The notes: a model not told the origin generated them from the sequence alone. 64,000 nucleotides of DNA from Octopus vulgaris (GCA_951406725.2 OX597814.1:112034001-112098000), one strand, 5' to 3'; shown: positions 13,373 through 27,876, counted from the first letter of the stretch. Made by a program: numbers and translations.

Positions 13373-15315
13373 TATTATGCATGTTTGTAATTAGTGTAAT
13401 ACAATTATGTAATTGCATATTTTTACACGTGTATGTAATTACATTTATACATCAACTATACAGAATAAATAAATAAATAAATAAAATAAATAAACAAGCA
13501 TAAAAATAATATACACTTGCTGTGAGGAATTCTGTTATTTTTACTGTTAGTGAGAAATGGAGGGACAGTGCCCATCAATTTTTCACGTAAGTTGTGCCAG
13601 ATTGAGGCAGTTAACGTTTGGTTGACGTGTTGAGGGAAGGTTTAAAAAGGGTACATCGATAATATAACTCAAAATGCTAGAAATAGTAACCAAATGCCCA
13701 CTGATTTATATTCTGCGGTTTAGCAGAAAAAAAGTCGAATTGGACACGCTGTATGATATGGTTATGAGTTCACTTGCATGATGGTCTCGTCTGGAATGTC
13801 ATTTGATTATAGGTCTGCTTGATCGGAGTTGGCCTAGTTGCAAAAGAGAGAGAACAGTGTAGGTGAGAGAATAGTGTAGGTGAGAGACAGAGACTGTGGA
13901 CGAGAAACAACAGGATGATGTATGTAGGGCGGTGTCTGAAGGATAACATGGAAGAAGAGAGGGGCTACTTAATGGAGCGGGTCTTACTGGGTGCGAGTGT
14001 GACTTCAAATCGCATCCCTTAATGGTGTGGGGACCCAGTTTGGGAGTTCCAAGGTTTTATGTAGCTCTAAGCCTCTGTTGTTCACAGGTTTACCCTGACC
14101 TTGAGCAGTAGGACTTGTCAGGGTCCCAGCAATGGGTTAACTAACATGTAACCACTCGAGCCAAGTACGTTGAAATCATGGGAGCAGCACGATGGGTGGG
14201 TCTTATTTTGGCAAATGAACTAACTTGATCAATGGCGAATATCACCGGATACGGAGCGGATTGACAGACAACAAACTTCAACGCAGGGATCAACCAGTTC
14301 AGTTTGCGAACCAATGCTATTACCTGTAATCGTGATGTGCGCGGATGAGATATTTGAGCAAGTGAAAGACACAATATAACTAGAATCCAGGTCAGACATT
14401 TATGAATTTTCTCAAGTATTTCTTCGATAACTTTTCAAATACGTATATTGAACAGAATCTGCAGAAGAGCCGGTACTGAATCATCTTTTTGATATAATAC
14501 AAGATAACTGAATCCTGCTGTTTATATTTGCATTTTTAATGAATTTAAATCCGAACGATCATACGAAAATGTCTGAAGAAACTATTATAAAGGGTTTCGC
14601 CGATGTCGCCAACTTCGTGTCCCAACTTATATTCGATGCATGTCCGAGCTTAAAAATCCTAGAACCCGTGATTAAAGGCGTGATACCAGTCGTGGCAAAA
14701 GCGGCGATTGACTTCGAAAAGGATCACCAAAGGGACGAAGGCGATTCTTATCGCTACCATGAATAGTCTTTCAATTGTCATTCGTCTACAGGAAGCCGAC
14801 ATGTAAAATCAAGATCGCGATGGTGAAGTTTTAATGGCGGACAACAAACTTCAGCGTGGAAGAATTGTATTAATCCAGGCACCCGACCGAATGATGAGGA
14901 GGTTTATAACTTTAAAGAAGCATAGTCTGTTTTAGTTGCTGTAGAAAAGACCAGGAGAATAAAAAAAAAGAAAATAAAACACAAAGAAACAAAGAGAGCA
15001 TCTGTGAAACAAGGGGTTATAGCGGGAGATATGTAAATCCTTACTTAAATATTGAAGTGGCCTGTATGTTTCTATGAACGAAACACTATCGGAGATATTT
15101 GAACACGAAACCAAAATGAGTCTATCTGGGTGTTTAAGGTCACCAGCTGCTCGGAGATTAAATCCATTCTGAACATCTGCCATATATCAGTCTCCCTGTC
15201 TATGTATGCATTAGGCAATGAACCAAAAAGAAAAAGAAAAACAGAAGACAATATGGGGAAGGGAGACGAGTTTCAACAAATGTTGCATTAGTTTAACACT
15301 TAAAAAGAAAGTCAT

Positions 15316-15343
15316 GACGTTTCGGACATTAGTCTTTCATCAG
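15316..15343 (-). ncRNA. minimal hammerhead motif (Penelope-type), helix I decayed
   Basis: CUGAUGA-AA-GAC-UAAU-GUC-C-GAA-ACGU-C. Confidence 0.65.
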
Positions 15344-15457
15344 AAAAATAAAAGAATGAGAAAAGGTGGTCGGAAAAAATAAGGTTACTATGAGATGTAG
15401 TCGGAAACTGTGAGACTTCGTATAATTAGAATACTGGAGAACATTAATTCTGTAATA

Positions 15458-15652
15458 TTCTTGTGTAGCATGAGAATGATAACAAGACTATGTTCTTGGT
15501 TGTGTAGCGAGAATAAGATGACAATGATGTTTCAATGGTCAGGTAGCGAAGATATGATGACAAAATTGGTTCCTTGGTTGTGTAGCAAAGATATGATGGC
15601 AAAGGAGTTTCCTTGGCTGTGCAGCGAGGGTGTGGCAACGAAAGCTGTTCTA
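15458..15652. repeat. 39-bp minisatellite, 5 diverged units
   Basis: Units translate FLCSMRMITRLCS / WLCSENKMTMMFQ / WSGSEDMMTKLVP / WLCSKDMMAKEFP / WLCSEGVATKAVL. Confidence 0.85.
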
Positions 15653-16173
15653 CTTGTCCTGCAGAGTGGATGTAATGACAAAGACTGTGTCGCTAGTTGT
15701 GTAAAGGAACAGAGACCGTCACACTTCCATTGTAGGATGCTTTTCCAGAATATTCTCCATCGATAGAGTGAAGACCTACAAGCAATTTACACATCATTCT
15801 TCGTGGATTGTTCCTGCAATGAGAAAGTTGGAGACAACAATATAGATCATAATTTAGGAACACTCTGGTTGTAAGTGTTATACGGATTTTCTGTCCAAAA
15901 CATTAACACACAATTACAGAAAAATTATACGAAATCTAAAATATAACGTGTTTGTATGTTTGAAAATATGTAGTTACATATCTTGTATTACAAAGTGATG
16001 TATATCAAATCTTCTCGGTAAATAAACAAACAATAGGTGCCTCTTTCGAGTCTACATTTGATTAGAGTGCCACTGTCACATGGCGCCCCTAACCCCACCC
16101 ATGATATACACTTTCACATTTAGCACTTTCCACTGTAGAGACATTAGGAAAATAATTTTGTTTCCAATCTTTA

Positions 16174-16267
<94 letters not shown>

Positions 16268-16751
16268 AGTGAATCCTTTTCTTCACCACCACTATAGAGA
16301 CGAGATAGAATATGAAAAGTTCAAATATATTTTAATAGCGATGCCATTAATTTCAATCGAATGATTAAGGTTTCTATGTGGAGAATAATGATTGATGTAT
16401 TAAGGGAGTAACAACAACAACAACAACAACAATAATAATAATCACAATAATAATAATCAAATATAATTTTCATGAAAGGAATGAAATATATGTAAATGGA
16501 ATGATATACGTACATACATATTTATACATATTTTTAGATACTTATAGAGACAGGTGAATGCGCACACGGTTCGTGACACACACACACACACACACACGCG
16601 CGTACACATAAATTGCTGTCCATATGATTATATACACTCATATGAATAGGTACAGATATGTGGTCTGTTTGCGTTTCTGTATATCACAGTACATAAATAT
16701 ATGTATGTGGGCGTATATGTATGTATGTTTGTATGTATTTGTATATATGTA

Positions 16752-16814
<63 letters not shown>

Positions 16815-16819
16815 TATAC

Positions 16820-16909
<90 letters not shown>

Positions 16910-17334
16910 GTGTGTGTAAATGTGATTAGAGAAATGCAGCAATTTATCGGAGAGAACCAATTCAAATAAAATTTGGTAAGTGAGGCTTGAAATAATATTT
17001 CAATAAAACTCCCTGAAATATTTCTTTTCCCACTATGTTAACACAAACACACATACACACACGCTGGTACAGACAGACATTCACTCACACACATACATAT
17101 ATATATATATGCGTGTGTGTGTATGTACATATGTGTGTGTAAGCGTATGCAAGTCTATATACGTATATACGTACGTATACATACATGCTTGTCTCCATGT
17201 TAGGCTGCCCACATGTATACATACGTACATGCATTGTGCATATGGACTACGTACATACATGTATACATAAATAGAGATGTGTACATACACATACATACAC
17301 ACATACACACATGTATAGACTTAGTAAGAGTGAA

Positions 17335-17456
<122 letters not shown>

Positions 17457-17831
17457 GGATAATGATATACAGAGAAAGGGCTAATGAGAAAGAGGGGAAG
17501 GAGAGGAAGTGAGAGAAACAGCGAGAGAAAGAATGATAGTAAACAGCTTCTAATTAGCGAAAAATTGCAATTCCATTTAAATTCTTACTGATTGGGAAAC
17601 TGAAAATAATTCCTTTATAGAAATCTCTCAGAAGACTTATACAGGAAGAAGTTCCTCAAGATACGTCCATCTTCGCGATAACATTCTAGAATAGGAACAG
17701 GCGTTGCTGTATGGTAAGAACCACATGGTTCCAGGTTCACAACACCTTGGATAAGGGTCTTCTATTAAAGCCTCGGGCTGACCAAATCATTGTGAGTGGA
17801 TTTGGTGGACGGAAACTCCAAAAAGCCTGAC

Positions 17832-17883
<52 letters not shown>

Positions 17884-17939
17884 GTATATATATATATGTG
17901 TGTATATATTTGTATATACGTATGTATATATATATATGC

Positions 17940-17972
<33 letters not shown>

Positions 17973-17986
17973 TGTATGTATGTATG

Positions 17987-18040
<54 letters not shown>

Positions 18041-18096
18041 CTATTCACCATGATAGAGCGATAGCCACTACACATTCTTTATTTTCTCTCCTTGTT

Positions 18097-18133
18097 CCTT
18101 TCTGTGGAAGAGCGTAGGCTTGAAACGTTAAGA
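18097..18133 (+). ncRNA. minimal hammerhead-like motif, A6U core variant
   Basis: CUUU-CUGUGGA-AGAGC-GUAG-GCUU-GAA-ACGU-U-AAGA; lies in insert 18042-18228 between (TA)n and (CA)n, homologous to 24447-24600. Confidence 0.6.
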
Positions 18134-18227
18134 CTTTTTCACTTCCCGAGCGTTATACTAATACAAGTGTTTGTTGTCTACATCACTTGTCTTCGTCCTT
18201 TGATTTTGTTTTCTATTGTGAATTCTC

Positions 18228-18265
<38 letters not shown>

Positions 18266-18266
18266 C

Positions 18267-18783
<517 letters not shown>

Positions 18784-19187
18784 TAAGTATTTGCGAGTGG
18801 CGATAGCTTTCGTCAGTCACTAGCTGGTGATCGTCTCACACTGAGGACGGATAACATAATCTGTGAGTATCACGTAAGGCTAGAGATGGGAGCGATGACC
18901 TCCCTTACAGATGCTTTATATAGACTTAGACTCTGTGTCGTTAGTCAGCTGGAAAAGATGTTTTCCTGGGGCTAAAACAACAGTAACATCGTCCTTTACA
19001 GGACTGCCATGTTATGTTGGCATATAACCATTACTATATATATATATATATATATATAAAGCTAATAGTACAAGTGCTCAGTACCTTCGTAGTGTATATA
19101 AAATATATATCTGCTGATCACTGTTATATGTGTGTGTGCGCGCGCGTAATTATATACATATGCATACATGCATACATAAATGCATAC

Positions 19188-19218
<31 letters not shown>

Positions 19219-19264
19219 CATACATACATACGTACATACATATATACATACATACATACATACA

Positions 19265-19300
<36 letters not shown>

Positions 19301-19808
19301 CATACATATATACATACATGCATAATACATACATAGGCATTCGTATCCACCTATTTATAAGCTATCATTTCATGTTTATTTTCTTCATGTACAATTTCCA
19401 TTGGTTCGTTAATCTACGAGTAGCCATCTTGTTTCCCCTGTCGCATTAAACAACAGTCAACTGTACAGAACAGACTTATACATACTGGAGTCGGCTATAC
19501 ATACATACACACATCTATCCATCCATCCATACATACATAAGTACATACATGCGTATATATATACGTACATACATACAGATGTCTATGTATGTATATGTAT
19601 ACATACATATACAAATACATATATATAAATATATATATATATATATACATCTGTATACATATACATACATATGTGCATATATATATGAATGTATGCATAT
19701 ATATATATGTATATATGTATATATATGCATATATATATGTATATATATATGTATATACATACATATATATGTATGAATATATATATAGGAATATATATAT
19801 GTATATAA

Positions 19809-19845
<37 letters not shown>

Positions 19846-19948
19846 AGTTAGGTGTAATCTATTGCTTGTCGAGAGATAAATCTTTATCACACTGCCAGCT
19901 CATTTATTACACCATAAATTGTGTTCTAACTCTGCCATCCTCTTTGTG

Positions 19949-19996
<48 letters not shown>

Positions 19997-20133
19997 CGTG
20001 TATGGATGTCCGTATGTAATTTTGTAGATTTCTCTCTTGGTATTTGTAACAGAATCCGATTCTTGATCGTTGCTTCGCTGCTCCTTCAAACTCCCCTGTC
20101 GCCCTCTTTCTCCACCCGCTCTATCTCTCAACT

Positions 20134-20229
<96 letters not shown>

Positions 20230-20251
20230 CATACATACATACATACATACA

Positions 20252-20296
<45 letters not shown>

Positions 20297-20644
20297 TTGT
20301 GTGTATGTACACGCAGACACACACACGCTCTCCTTTATACATACAATTATCTATAATAGAAATAATAAAGTATATTCTGTTACTTGTTTTAGTCTTTGGA
20401 CATAAGGCGTCACCTTTGAAGTGTTTTAGTCGGACGATGCGACCGCGGCACTTAGTCTATCGATTATTTTGTTGAACCGCTAGGTTATGGGGACACAAAA
20501 CGCACTAACACGGGGGATAAACACTAAGACTCACTCACACACACAAATATATGTCTGTATAATATATACGTAGGCGCAGGAGTGGGTGTGTGGTAAGTAG
20601 CCTTGTGAGTGGATTTGGTAGAGGGAAACTGAAAGAAGCCCGTC

Positions 20645-20788
<144 letters not shown>

Positions 20789-21310
20789 CTGTCTGTCTGT
20801 GCTTGACCCCCTCAATATCGCTTGACAACCGATGCTGATGTGTTTACGTCCCCATAACTTAGCGGTTCGGCAAAAGAGAACCGACAGAATAAGTACTAGG
20901 CTTACAACGAATAAGTCCTGGGGTCGATTTGCTCGACTAAACGCGGTGCTGAAATAAATGAAAGAATGAAAGAAAAAGAATATGTGTACACACACGCACA
21001 CATATAGTCGTTCTGGTGTAAGAACCCTCCATGTTTGTTTTCTTTCGGTTACCTTGTATGTCTCCACTGTTTTACTTTTGTTTCCAACTTTGACCCTCCA
21101 TAAAACCTAAATTCTATTTTAAAATTTATAGGAGCAATTGTGTTTTAAGACTCATATTGTCGTTGAATGCTCGAAATGAGTAGATGGACAGACAACAACT
21201 GGTGAAGGGTCCTTTCTCTGTGTTTACTTGTCTTGTTTTCCATTTACCTCTCGTTGTTTACGTATTCAACTCGTTTGTTTAAGTATTTCATGTTATTTGC
21301 ACCGTTGATG

Positions 21311-21379
21311 ATGTCCTGTACCCATACATGCATGTGTGTGTATCTATATGCACACATTGCATGTATGGGTACAGGACAT
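21311..21379. repeat. perfect 22-bp inverted repeat, 69-nt hairpin
   Basis: ATGTCCTGTACCCATACATGCA (21311-21332) / TGCATGTATGGGTACAGGACAT (21358-21379). Confidence 0.95.
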
Positions 21380-21548
21380 ACATGTATGTGCTGCTACTGC
21401 TATTTCGGCTACTAGTCATTTCCCAAACTTTAGTCAACACACAAGACAACTATTATGCTCTCCCCCACAAAAAACCACCACGTGGGTTCTGTTGAGACAA
21501 GTAAGAAACAATTATGAACTTTTTTATTACACTTAACTTTTAAAAATC

Positions 21549-21594
21549 TTTTTGATAAGGTTCGTTTTTTCAAGAAGAACCGAAACATGTAAAA
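21549..21594 (+). ncRNA. minimal hammerhead motif, U3:A8 core variant
   Basis: UUU-UUGAUAA-GGUUC...GAACC-GAA-ACAUGU-A-AAA. Confidence 0.7.
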
Positions 21595-22028
21595 TTTCTA
21601 AGAAAATTAAAATTTATCTTATATAGTGGCGTCTTCAAACTTCTTTTATAAATATGTATGTATATATAAATATATATTATTTATTATTTATATATATATA
21701 TATTTACATACATACACACACGACGAACTTCTCTCAGTTTCCGTCTACTAAATCCAGTCACAAGGCTTTGGTTTCCCGGGGACTTTATTGAGAAACACTC
21801 ACCCAAAGTGCCATGCAGTGGGATTGAACCTAGCACCGTGTGTTTGGAAGCAAATCTCTTACCACACAACCATGCCTGCGCCTATGCGCACACATACACA
21901 CACACATACATACATACATACATACATACATACATACATACATACATACATACATACATACATACATACGATATATATATATGTGTGTATATACACATGC
22001 AAAAAGAGAGAGACTGAGAGAGAGAGAG

Positions 22029-22680
22029 GGTTAGTTTACCATTAAACAATAGATGAAACGGTGCATCGTATAAGAAATTACAGGGTAAATGTTTTTTTAA
22101 TTTTCTCCTGGTTTGCGGAATTAATGTTATTTTGCGGTTGAAGCTTTGGCTGTTATTTCTAGTGGGTGAATGGCCTATTATGGCCATTCCTTGATTGTGA
22201 TGTTGAACTTATAAATGGTCTATGACTATTTAATTTTTTCCCACTAGGCCGCTGGTGGCAAATAAATTCTACGAAATTTTTTGCCACCCTATATTGATTA
22301 ATTATGAATTTTCTGGTTAATTCCGTAATGGAATCGGCGGCTTATATTTGCTGCCGATAAATTTGGCGCGAGTGCGATGATTTGAAAATTTTAGGTCAGA
22401 TATTGCCGAGGCAGGGATAGAGGTGCCTCGTGATAATATCTGCTCGGATCTGGCTGTTCTTACTGACGAATCTATCGGCCTATGGAAGATTGGCTTGATT
22501 TAATTTAATCAGGTTAGTTTACCATTAAACAATAGATGAAACGGTGCATCGTATAAGAAATTACAGGGTAAATGTTTTTTTTAATTTTCTCCTGGTTTGC
22601 GGAATTAATGTTATTTTGCGGTTGAAGCTTTGGCTGTTATTTCTAGTGGGTGAATGGCCTATTATGGCCATTCCTTGATT

Positions 22681-22685
<5 letters not shown>
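22029..22685 (+). mobile_element. retrozyme/Penelope pseudo-LTR-like element: 483-bp unit plus 173-bp direct terminal repeat
   Basis: 22029-22201 matches 22512-22685 except one T in a homopolymer; contains an HHR; flanked by (GA)n and (TA)n; no credible ORF. Confidence 0.8.
22457..22559 (+). ncRNA. type I hammerhead ribozyme, canonical core
   Basis: UUCUUA-CUGACGA-AUCUAU...AUAGAU-GAA-ACGGUGCAUCGU-A-UAAGAA; predicted cleavage after A22553. Confidence 0.92.
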
Positions 22686-22726
<41 letters not shown>

Positions 22727-22853
22727 CAGCCGAAATTGCGAAGATGATCTGGTTCTTGACTGATGACTGAGAGCTTCGAAAGTCCCGTCTGTGTGTTTTT
22801 TTTGCCGTTTTCAAAATGTTTCACGTTCTTGTCCCAGTTTGTGTTTTTTTACC

Positions 22854-22891
<38 letters not shown>

Positions 22892-22921
22892 CATATATGT
22901 ATGTATGTATGTATGTATGTA

Positions 22922-22957
<36 letters not shown>

Positions 22958-22969
22958 TGTATGTATGTG

Positions 22970-23027
<58 letters not shown>

Positions 23028-23049
23028 TATATATATCTATATATAACTG

Positions 23050-23355
23050 GCACTCCGCCGGTTGCGATGACGAGGGACCGGTTGATTCGATCAGCCTGTT
23101 CGTGAAATTAACGTGCAAGTGGCAGAGCAATTAGTAGATGCGCGTACCCTTAGCGTAGTTCTCAAGGAGATTCAACGTGACACAGAATGTGACAAGGCTG
23201 GCCCTTTGAAATTACAGATACAACTCATTTCTGCCAGCCGGGTGGACTGGAGCAACTTGAAACAAAGTGTCTTGCTCAAGGACACAACATGTCACCAGGA
23301 GTTGAACTCTCAACCTTACGATCGTAAGCCAGATACCCTAAACACTAAGCCACAC
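23050..23355 (-). mobile_element. tRNA-derived CORE-type SINE (family F)
   Basis: Minus strand: GTGGCTTAGTG..TAGGG head then GTGTCCTTGAGCAAGACACTT...GTTGCTCCAGTCCAC; related pieces at 10120-10253, 33870-34160, 39383-39483, 47120-47385. Confidence 0.75.
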
Positions 23356-23867
23356 ACACACACACACATACGCGCGCACATTCTTTTATCCTTTTACTTG
23401 TTTCAGTCATTTGACTCCGGCTATGCTGGAGCACCACCTTTAGTCAAACAAATCGGTCCCTGGACTTATTCTTTGTAAGTCTAGTACTTATTCTATTGGT
23501 CTATTTTGCCGAGCCGCTAAGTTACAGGGACGTAAACACACCAGCATCGGTTGTCAAGCGATGGTGATGGGAGGACAAACACACACACACACTCTCACAC
23601 ACGCGTATATATATAACGACGGGCTTCTTTCAGTTTCCGTCTACTAAATCCACTCAGAGGGCATTGGTCCGCCCGAGGCTATAGCAGAAGACACTTGCCC
23701 AAGGTGCACGGCACCAGGATTTTCGACACGAGTAATAATAAAGAAGTCCTAATCGTTGTAAGGGGATCCGCTTAAATGGAGTCAAGACCGGCTGGTTTCT
23801 AGTGACATCGGGTCGTATTAAATGATTTCTAAATGTCACTATTTGGTTTGACTTCATTATTACGACC

Positions 23868-24150
23868 GAGAGAGACCTCTGGCGATTTACTGTGCTTGGG
23901 AAGACATGTCAAGCTAAGTGAAATCGTCACCGTGGTCAGTACCAGTGACACGTAATAGGCATCCGTGCCTATAATACGTAAAAAGCACCCACTGTTCCTT
24001 GTGGTGGAGTGGTTGGCGTCAGGAAGGGCATCCAGCCGTAGAAACCATACCAAATCAGATTGGAGCATGGGGAAAGTCTCCTCCTTACAAGTTACAGTCC
24101 AGTCTTCTAATCCATGCCAGCAAGGAGAATGGACGCTAAATGATGATGAT
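23868..24150 (+). mobile_element. 3' end of an RTE-type LINE
   Basis: RDLWRFTVLGKTCQAK* (DRxxWR C-terminal motif), then GTTGGCGTCAGGAAGGGCATCCAGCCGTAGAAACC and a (TGA)n tail. Confidence 0.65.
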
Positions 24151-24283
24151 AACGATAAAAATATATACGCATGCATGCATGTATGTATGCATGTATGTAT
24201 GTATGTATGTATGCATGTATGTATGTATGTATGTATGTATCTGTCTGTCTGTCTGTCTGTCTGTCTGTCCGTTCGTCTGTCTG

Positions 24284-24329
<46 letters not shown>

Positions 24330-24357
24330 ATTCTATCTATTTATCTGTATATATGCA

Positions 24358-24446
<89 letters not shown>

Positions 24447-24542
24447 CGGGAAGCTTTATAAAATAGACAAAAGACGAAGGCAGGTGGAAAACAAACAAAC
24501 AATTGTATTAGTATAGCGGTCAGGAAATATAAATAAAACAAG

Positions 24543-24580
24543 TCTTTAACGTTTCAAGCCTACGCTCTTCAACAGAAAGA
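24543..24580 (-). ncRNA. minimal hammerhead-like motif, A6U core variant
   Basis: UCUUU-CUGUUGA-AGAGC-GUAG-GCUU-GAA-ACGU-U-AAAGA with perfect 5-bp helix I. Confidence 0.7.
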
Positions 24581-24740
24581 TACACAGAGAAAAAAAACAC
24601 AGAAAGAAGGAGAGAAAAAAATGCGTGCAGTAACTAACGAATCAACATGGCGATCTGATTTCGGCCAGAAGTCAAAGATCAAACATGAGACGCGAGAGCG
24701 AAATTAGGGGAGATAATAGGGTTGAATGACCTGCTCCAAC

Positions 24741-24998
24741 ATAAGGGTGTGTGTGTGTGTGTGTATGAGAGAGTATTAGTGCGTATGAGAGGTCTGGACG
24801 TGTGTATGTATAGGGTTGGTGTATGTATTAGTATGTATTAGTATGTATAAGGGTGTGTGTGTGTGTGTGTATGAGAGAGTATTAGTGCGTATGAGAGGTC
24901 TGGACGTATGTATGTATAGGGTTGGTGTATGTATTAGTATGTATTAGTATGTATTAGTATGTATTAGTATGTATAAGGGTGTGTGTGTGTGTGTGTGT
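24741..24998. repeat. tandem repeat, ~106-126 bp unit, two copies plus partial third
   Basis: ATAAGGG(TG)n at 24741, 24847 and 24973; ...GAGAGGTCTGGACG...(TATGTATTAG)n in the first two units. Confidence 0.9.
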
Positions 24999-25003
24999 AC
25001 ACA

Positions 25004-25239
25004 CAGTAATCCCTCGACTATCGCACGTGTTACGTTCCAAACCCTGCCCCGTGATAGGTGAAAATCTGCAAAGAGGAAACAGTACTGTACTGTATATTCT
25101 TTTTTATTATTTTTATAATTTGTATATACTTATTTTATTATAAATGCAAAACAACACCACAGAGGAATCGACGTAAGCTTAAGTAATAAACCGCGATAGG
25201 TAAACCGCGACAGGTGGACCGCGATATGGTGTGGGATTA

Positions 25240-25242
<3 letters not shown>
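25004..25242. mobile_element. Tigger/pogo-like MITE
   Basis: Termini CAGTAATCCC / GGGATTACTG followed by TA; second copy inverted at 55031-55301. Confidence 0.85.
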
Positions 25243-25327
<85 letters not shown>

Positions 25328-25334
25328 TTGTGTG

Positions 25335-25372
<38 letters not shown>

Positions 25373-25581
25373 CCGGTATATGCATGTATATATGTATGTA
25401 TGTTTGTATGCATGTGCACATTTTAATGTCTTCCATTTGTCACATTCTCTTCGTGTTCACATTCAACAGATAAATGATACATTTCCATATGATGAATTCT
25501 ATAACTTAAAACACACACACACACACATACACACACATACTCACACACACACATACACGCTCACCCCACCCTCCGCCACAC

Positions 25582-25627
<46 letters not shown>

Positions 25628-26904
25628 CCTCATACGAGGATATCTTAATGTCAAGCTCTCTTTTACTATTTGATCCGCCCCTTCATCCTCATCACTACCC
25701 TCTTATTTCACTATTACCTTCATATACATACATACATGAATGCATACATACACACACACACGTAAATATATGCATGTATACACGCATATAAAACCACCCC
25801 CAATACAGAGACCCATTTCTCTCTTTCACCCATTAACTTTTTGTCTCACCTCCATTTCCTCTCTCCCCATCTCGCGGACCATTTTCTCTCCACTTCTGTG
25901 ACCCCTTGCCTGCCTGTCTGCCTATATGTCATTCTTTATTCCCCCTTTCCTGCACACACCCTGCTTTCAGTCTCATTCTCTCTTCCTTCTCCTCTCTTTC
26001 TCTCATCTATTCTTTTCTTTCCTCTCTCTCTCTTTCTCTCTCTCTCTATATATATATGTATATCCTCAACTACCATTTCTCATTTTGTCTGTCACTCTGG
26101 CTTGTCATCTCTCTTCCTCTCTGTCTGGCTAACTGTGTCTCTCCTTCACTAATGTATTCATGACATTTCCTCACTTATATCTTCTCTCTCTCTCTCTCTC
26201 TCTCTCATTCAGTATCTCTCCCTCTCTCATTGAGTATCTCTCTCTCTCATTCAGTATCTCTCTCTCTCTCATCCAGTATCTCTCTCTCTCTCTCTCATTC
26301 AGTATCTCTCCCTCTCTCTCCCACTCTTTTTTCGGTCTTCTTGATTACCTCTCACTTTCACTCTGTTTCCCACTAATCTTTGTTTCACTCCATCTCGCTC
26401 CACTATTCTAGTCCTTCTAGTTTCACTTTCACTTTCAATCATATTCCTAACCTTTCCATTTTCCATCAGTATTACCCCCGATTCCTCATCTCTTTCTTCT
26501 CCGTCTACTGCTTTTATTCACTCTGTTCACTCATCCTTCATCGTTTCCAGGCCCCCTTTCTCTTACTGCCTGTCTGTTTGTTTCTCTCGTACTCTCTCTC
26601 TCCCTCACTCACTCACTCACTCACTCACTTACTCGCACACACAATCTCTCTCTCTGTCTATCTTCACCCATCCCTCATTTGCTTCCAACCACCTATCTCT
26701 CTTTTTCTCTTTTTCTCCCCTTTTATCTCTGCGATGATCGATCAGACCTCCCCCTCCCACAGCCTACCTCCATTTCCGACAGCTACCATCGAAAGAATCT
26801 TTTAAATGTTGCAAACACGTGCCCAAGCATGTTACCACATCGAATTACTGCACCCAGCCGTACACCGATTTCCGCAATCACTACACATCCCACATACGTA
26901 CTCA

Positions 26905-26948
<44 letters not shown>

Positions 26949-27266
26949 TGATACTTATATAGCCTCATACAAACAAACATGCATGCATAGGCACATGCAT
27001 ACACATGTATACAATCTTAAATACAAATATACAAACAGACATACAAACATGCATGCATACATGTATATTTGCATACAACACACCCACACACAAATATATA
27101 TGCAGGCGTACACATATACACATGCATATATACATACAAACATACATACTTGCATGCTTACAAACATTTATACATGTATGCTTACACTTATATATACATA
27201 CACACATACACATGTATGTACACATACATTCAGGCATGCATGCATACACATGCATATATACGTGTA

Positions 27267-27337
<71 letters not shown>

Positions 27338-27672
27338 GTGTATGTATATGTTACACATCTGCACATAATTAGAAACATATATGCGTACATACAGCCATAC
27401 ATAATACAAACATACACACACATAAACCCACTCACTTATAGGTTAACTCTATGCAATCCAAGAACAAAAGTCTTCACCAAGTTCCTTCTGCTCAAAAGAC
27501 AGACATCATCCAACAGACTACAAATAGAAGCGATGTAAACCAGCCTCAAAAAACAAGGAGACGCATTAGCTACATTACTGCCGTCTGAGGGAAAATGTTC
27601 TCCAGATATTGTCCTTTCATGAGACACGATGTGGTAGCCATGTTGTGGTAAGACAGAGCCATTTGGAAATAG

Positions 27673-27876
27673 ATTGAGAAGGAAAGAAGATAGAAGCCAG
27701 GGAGAATGGATTGAGACCAACGGACCAAAAGAATATTGAATTGAGAAGGAAAGAAGATAGAAGCCAGGGAGAATGGATTGAGACGAACGGACCAAAAGAA
27801 TATTGGGGAATTGAGAAGGAGAGAAAACAGAAGCCAGGGAGAACGGATTGAGTCCAATGGAATAAAAGAATATCGG
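27673..27876. repeat. purine-rich minisatellite, three 67-70 bp units
   Basis: ATTGAGAAGGA.AGAA.A.AGAAGCCAGGGAGAA.GGATTGAG...AAAAGAATAT at 27673, 27740, 27810. Confidence 0.92.

Noticed and set aside
18795-18875. CTGAGGA-CGGAT/ATCTG and minus-strand CTGACGAAAGCTA as hammerheads
   Set aside because: GAAA missing in one, helix II missing in the other.
22755-22786. CTGATGA...GAAAGTC as a hammerhead
   Set aside because: No pairing helix II or helix I.
27673-27876. Regularly spaced repeats as a CRISPR-like array (also 15458-15652, 45262-45580)
   Set aside because: Whole units repeat with no unique spacers; no cas genes; eukaryotic context.
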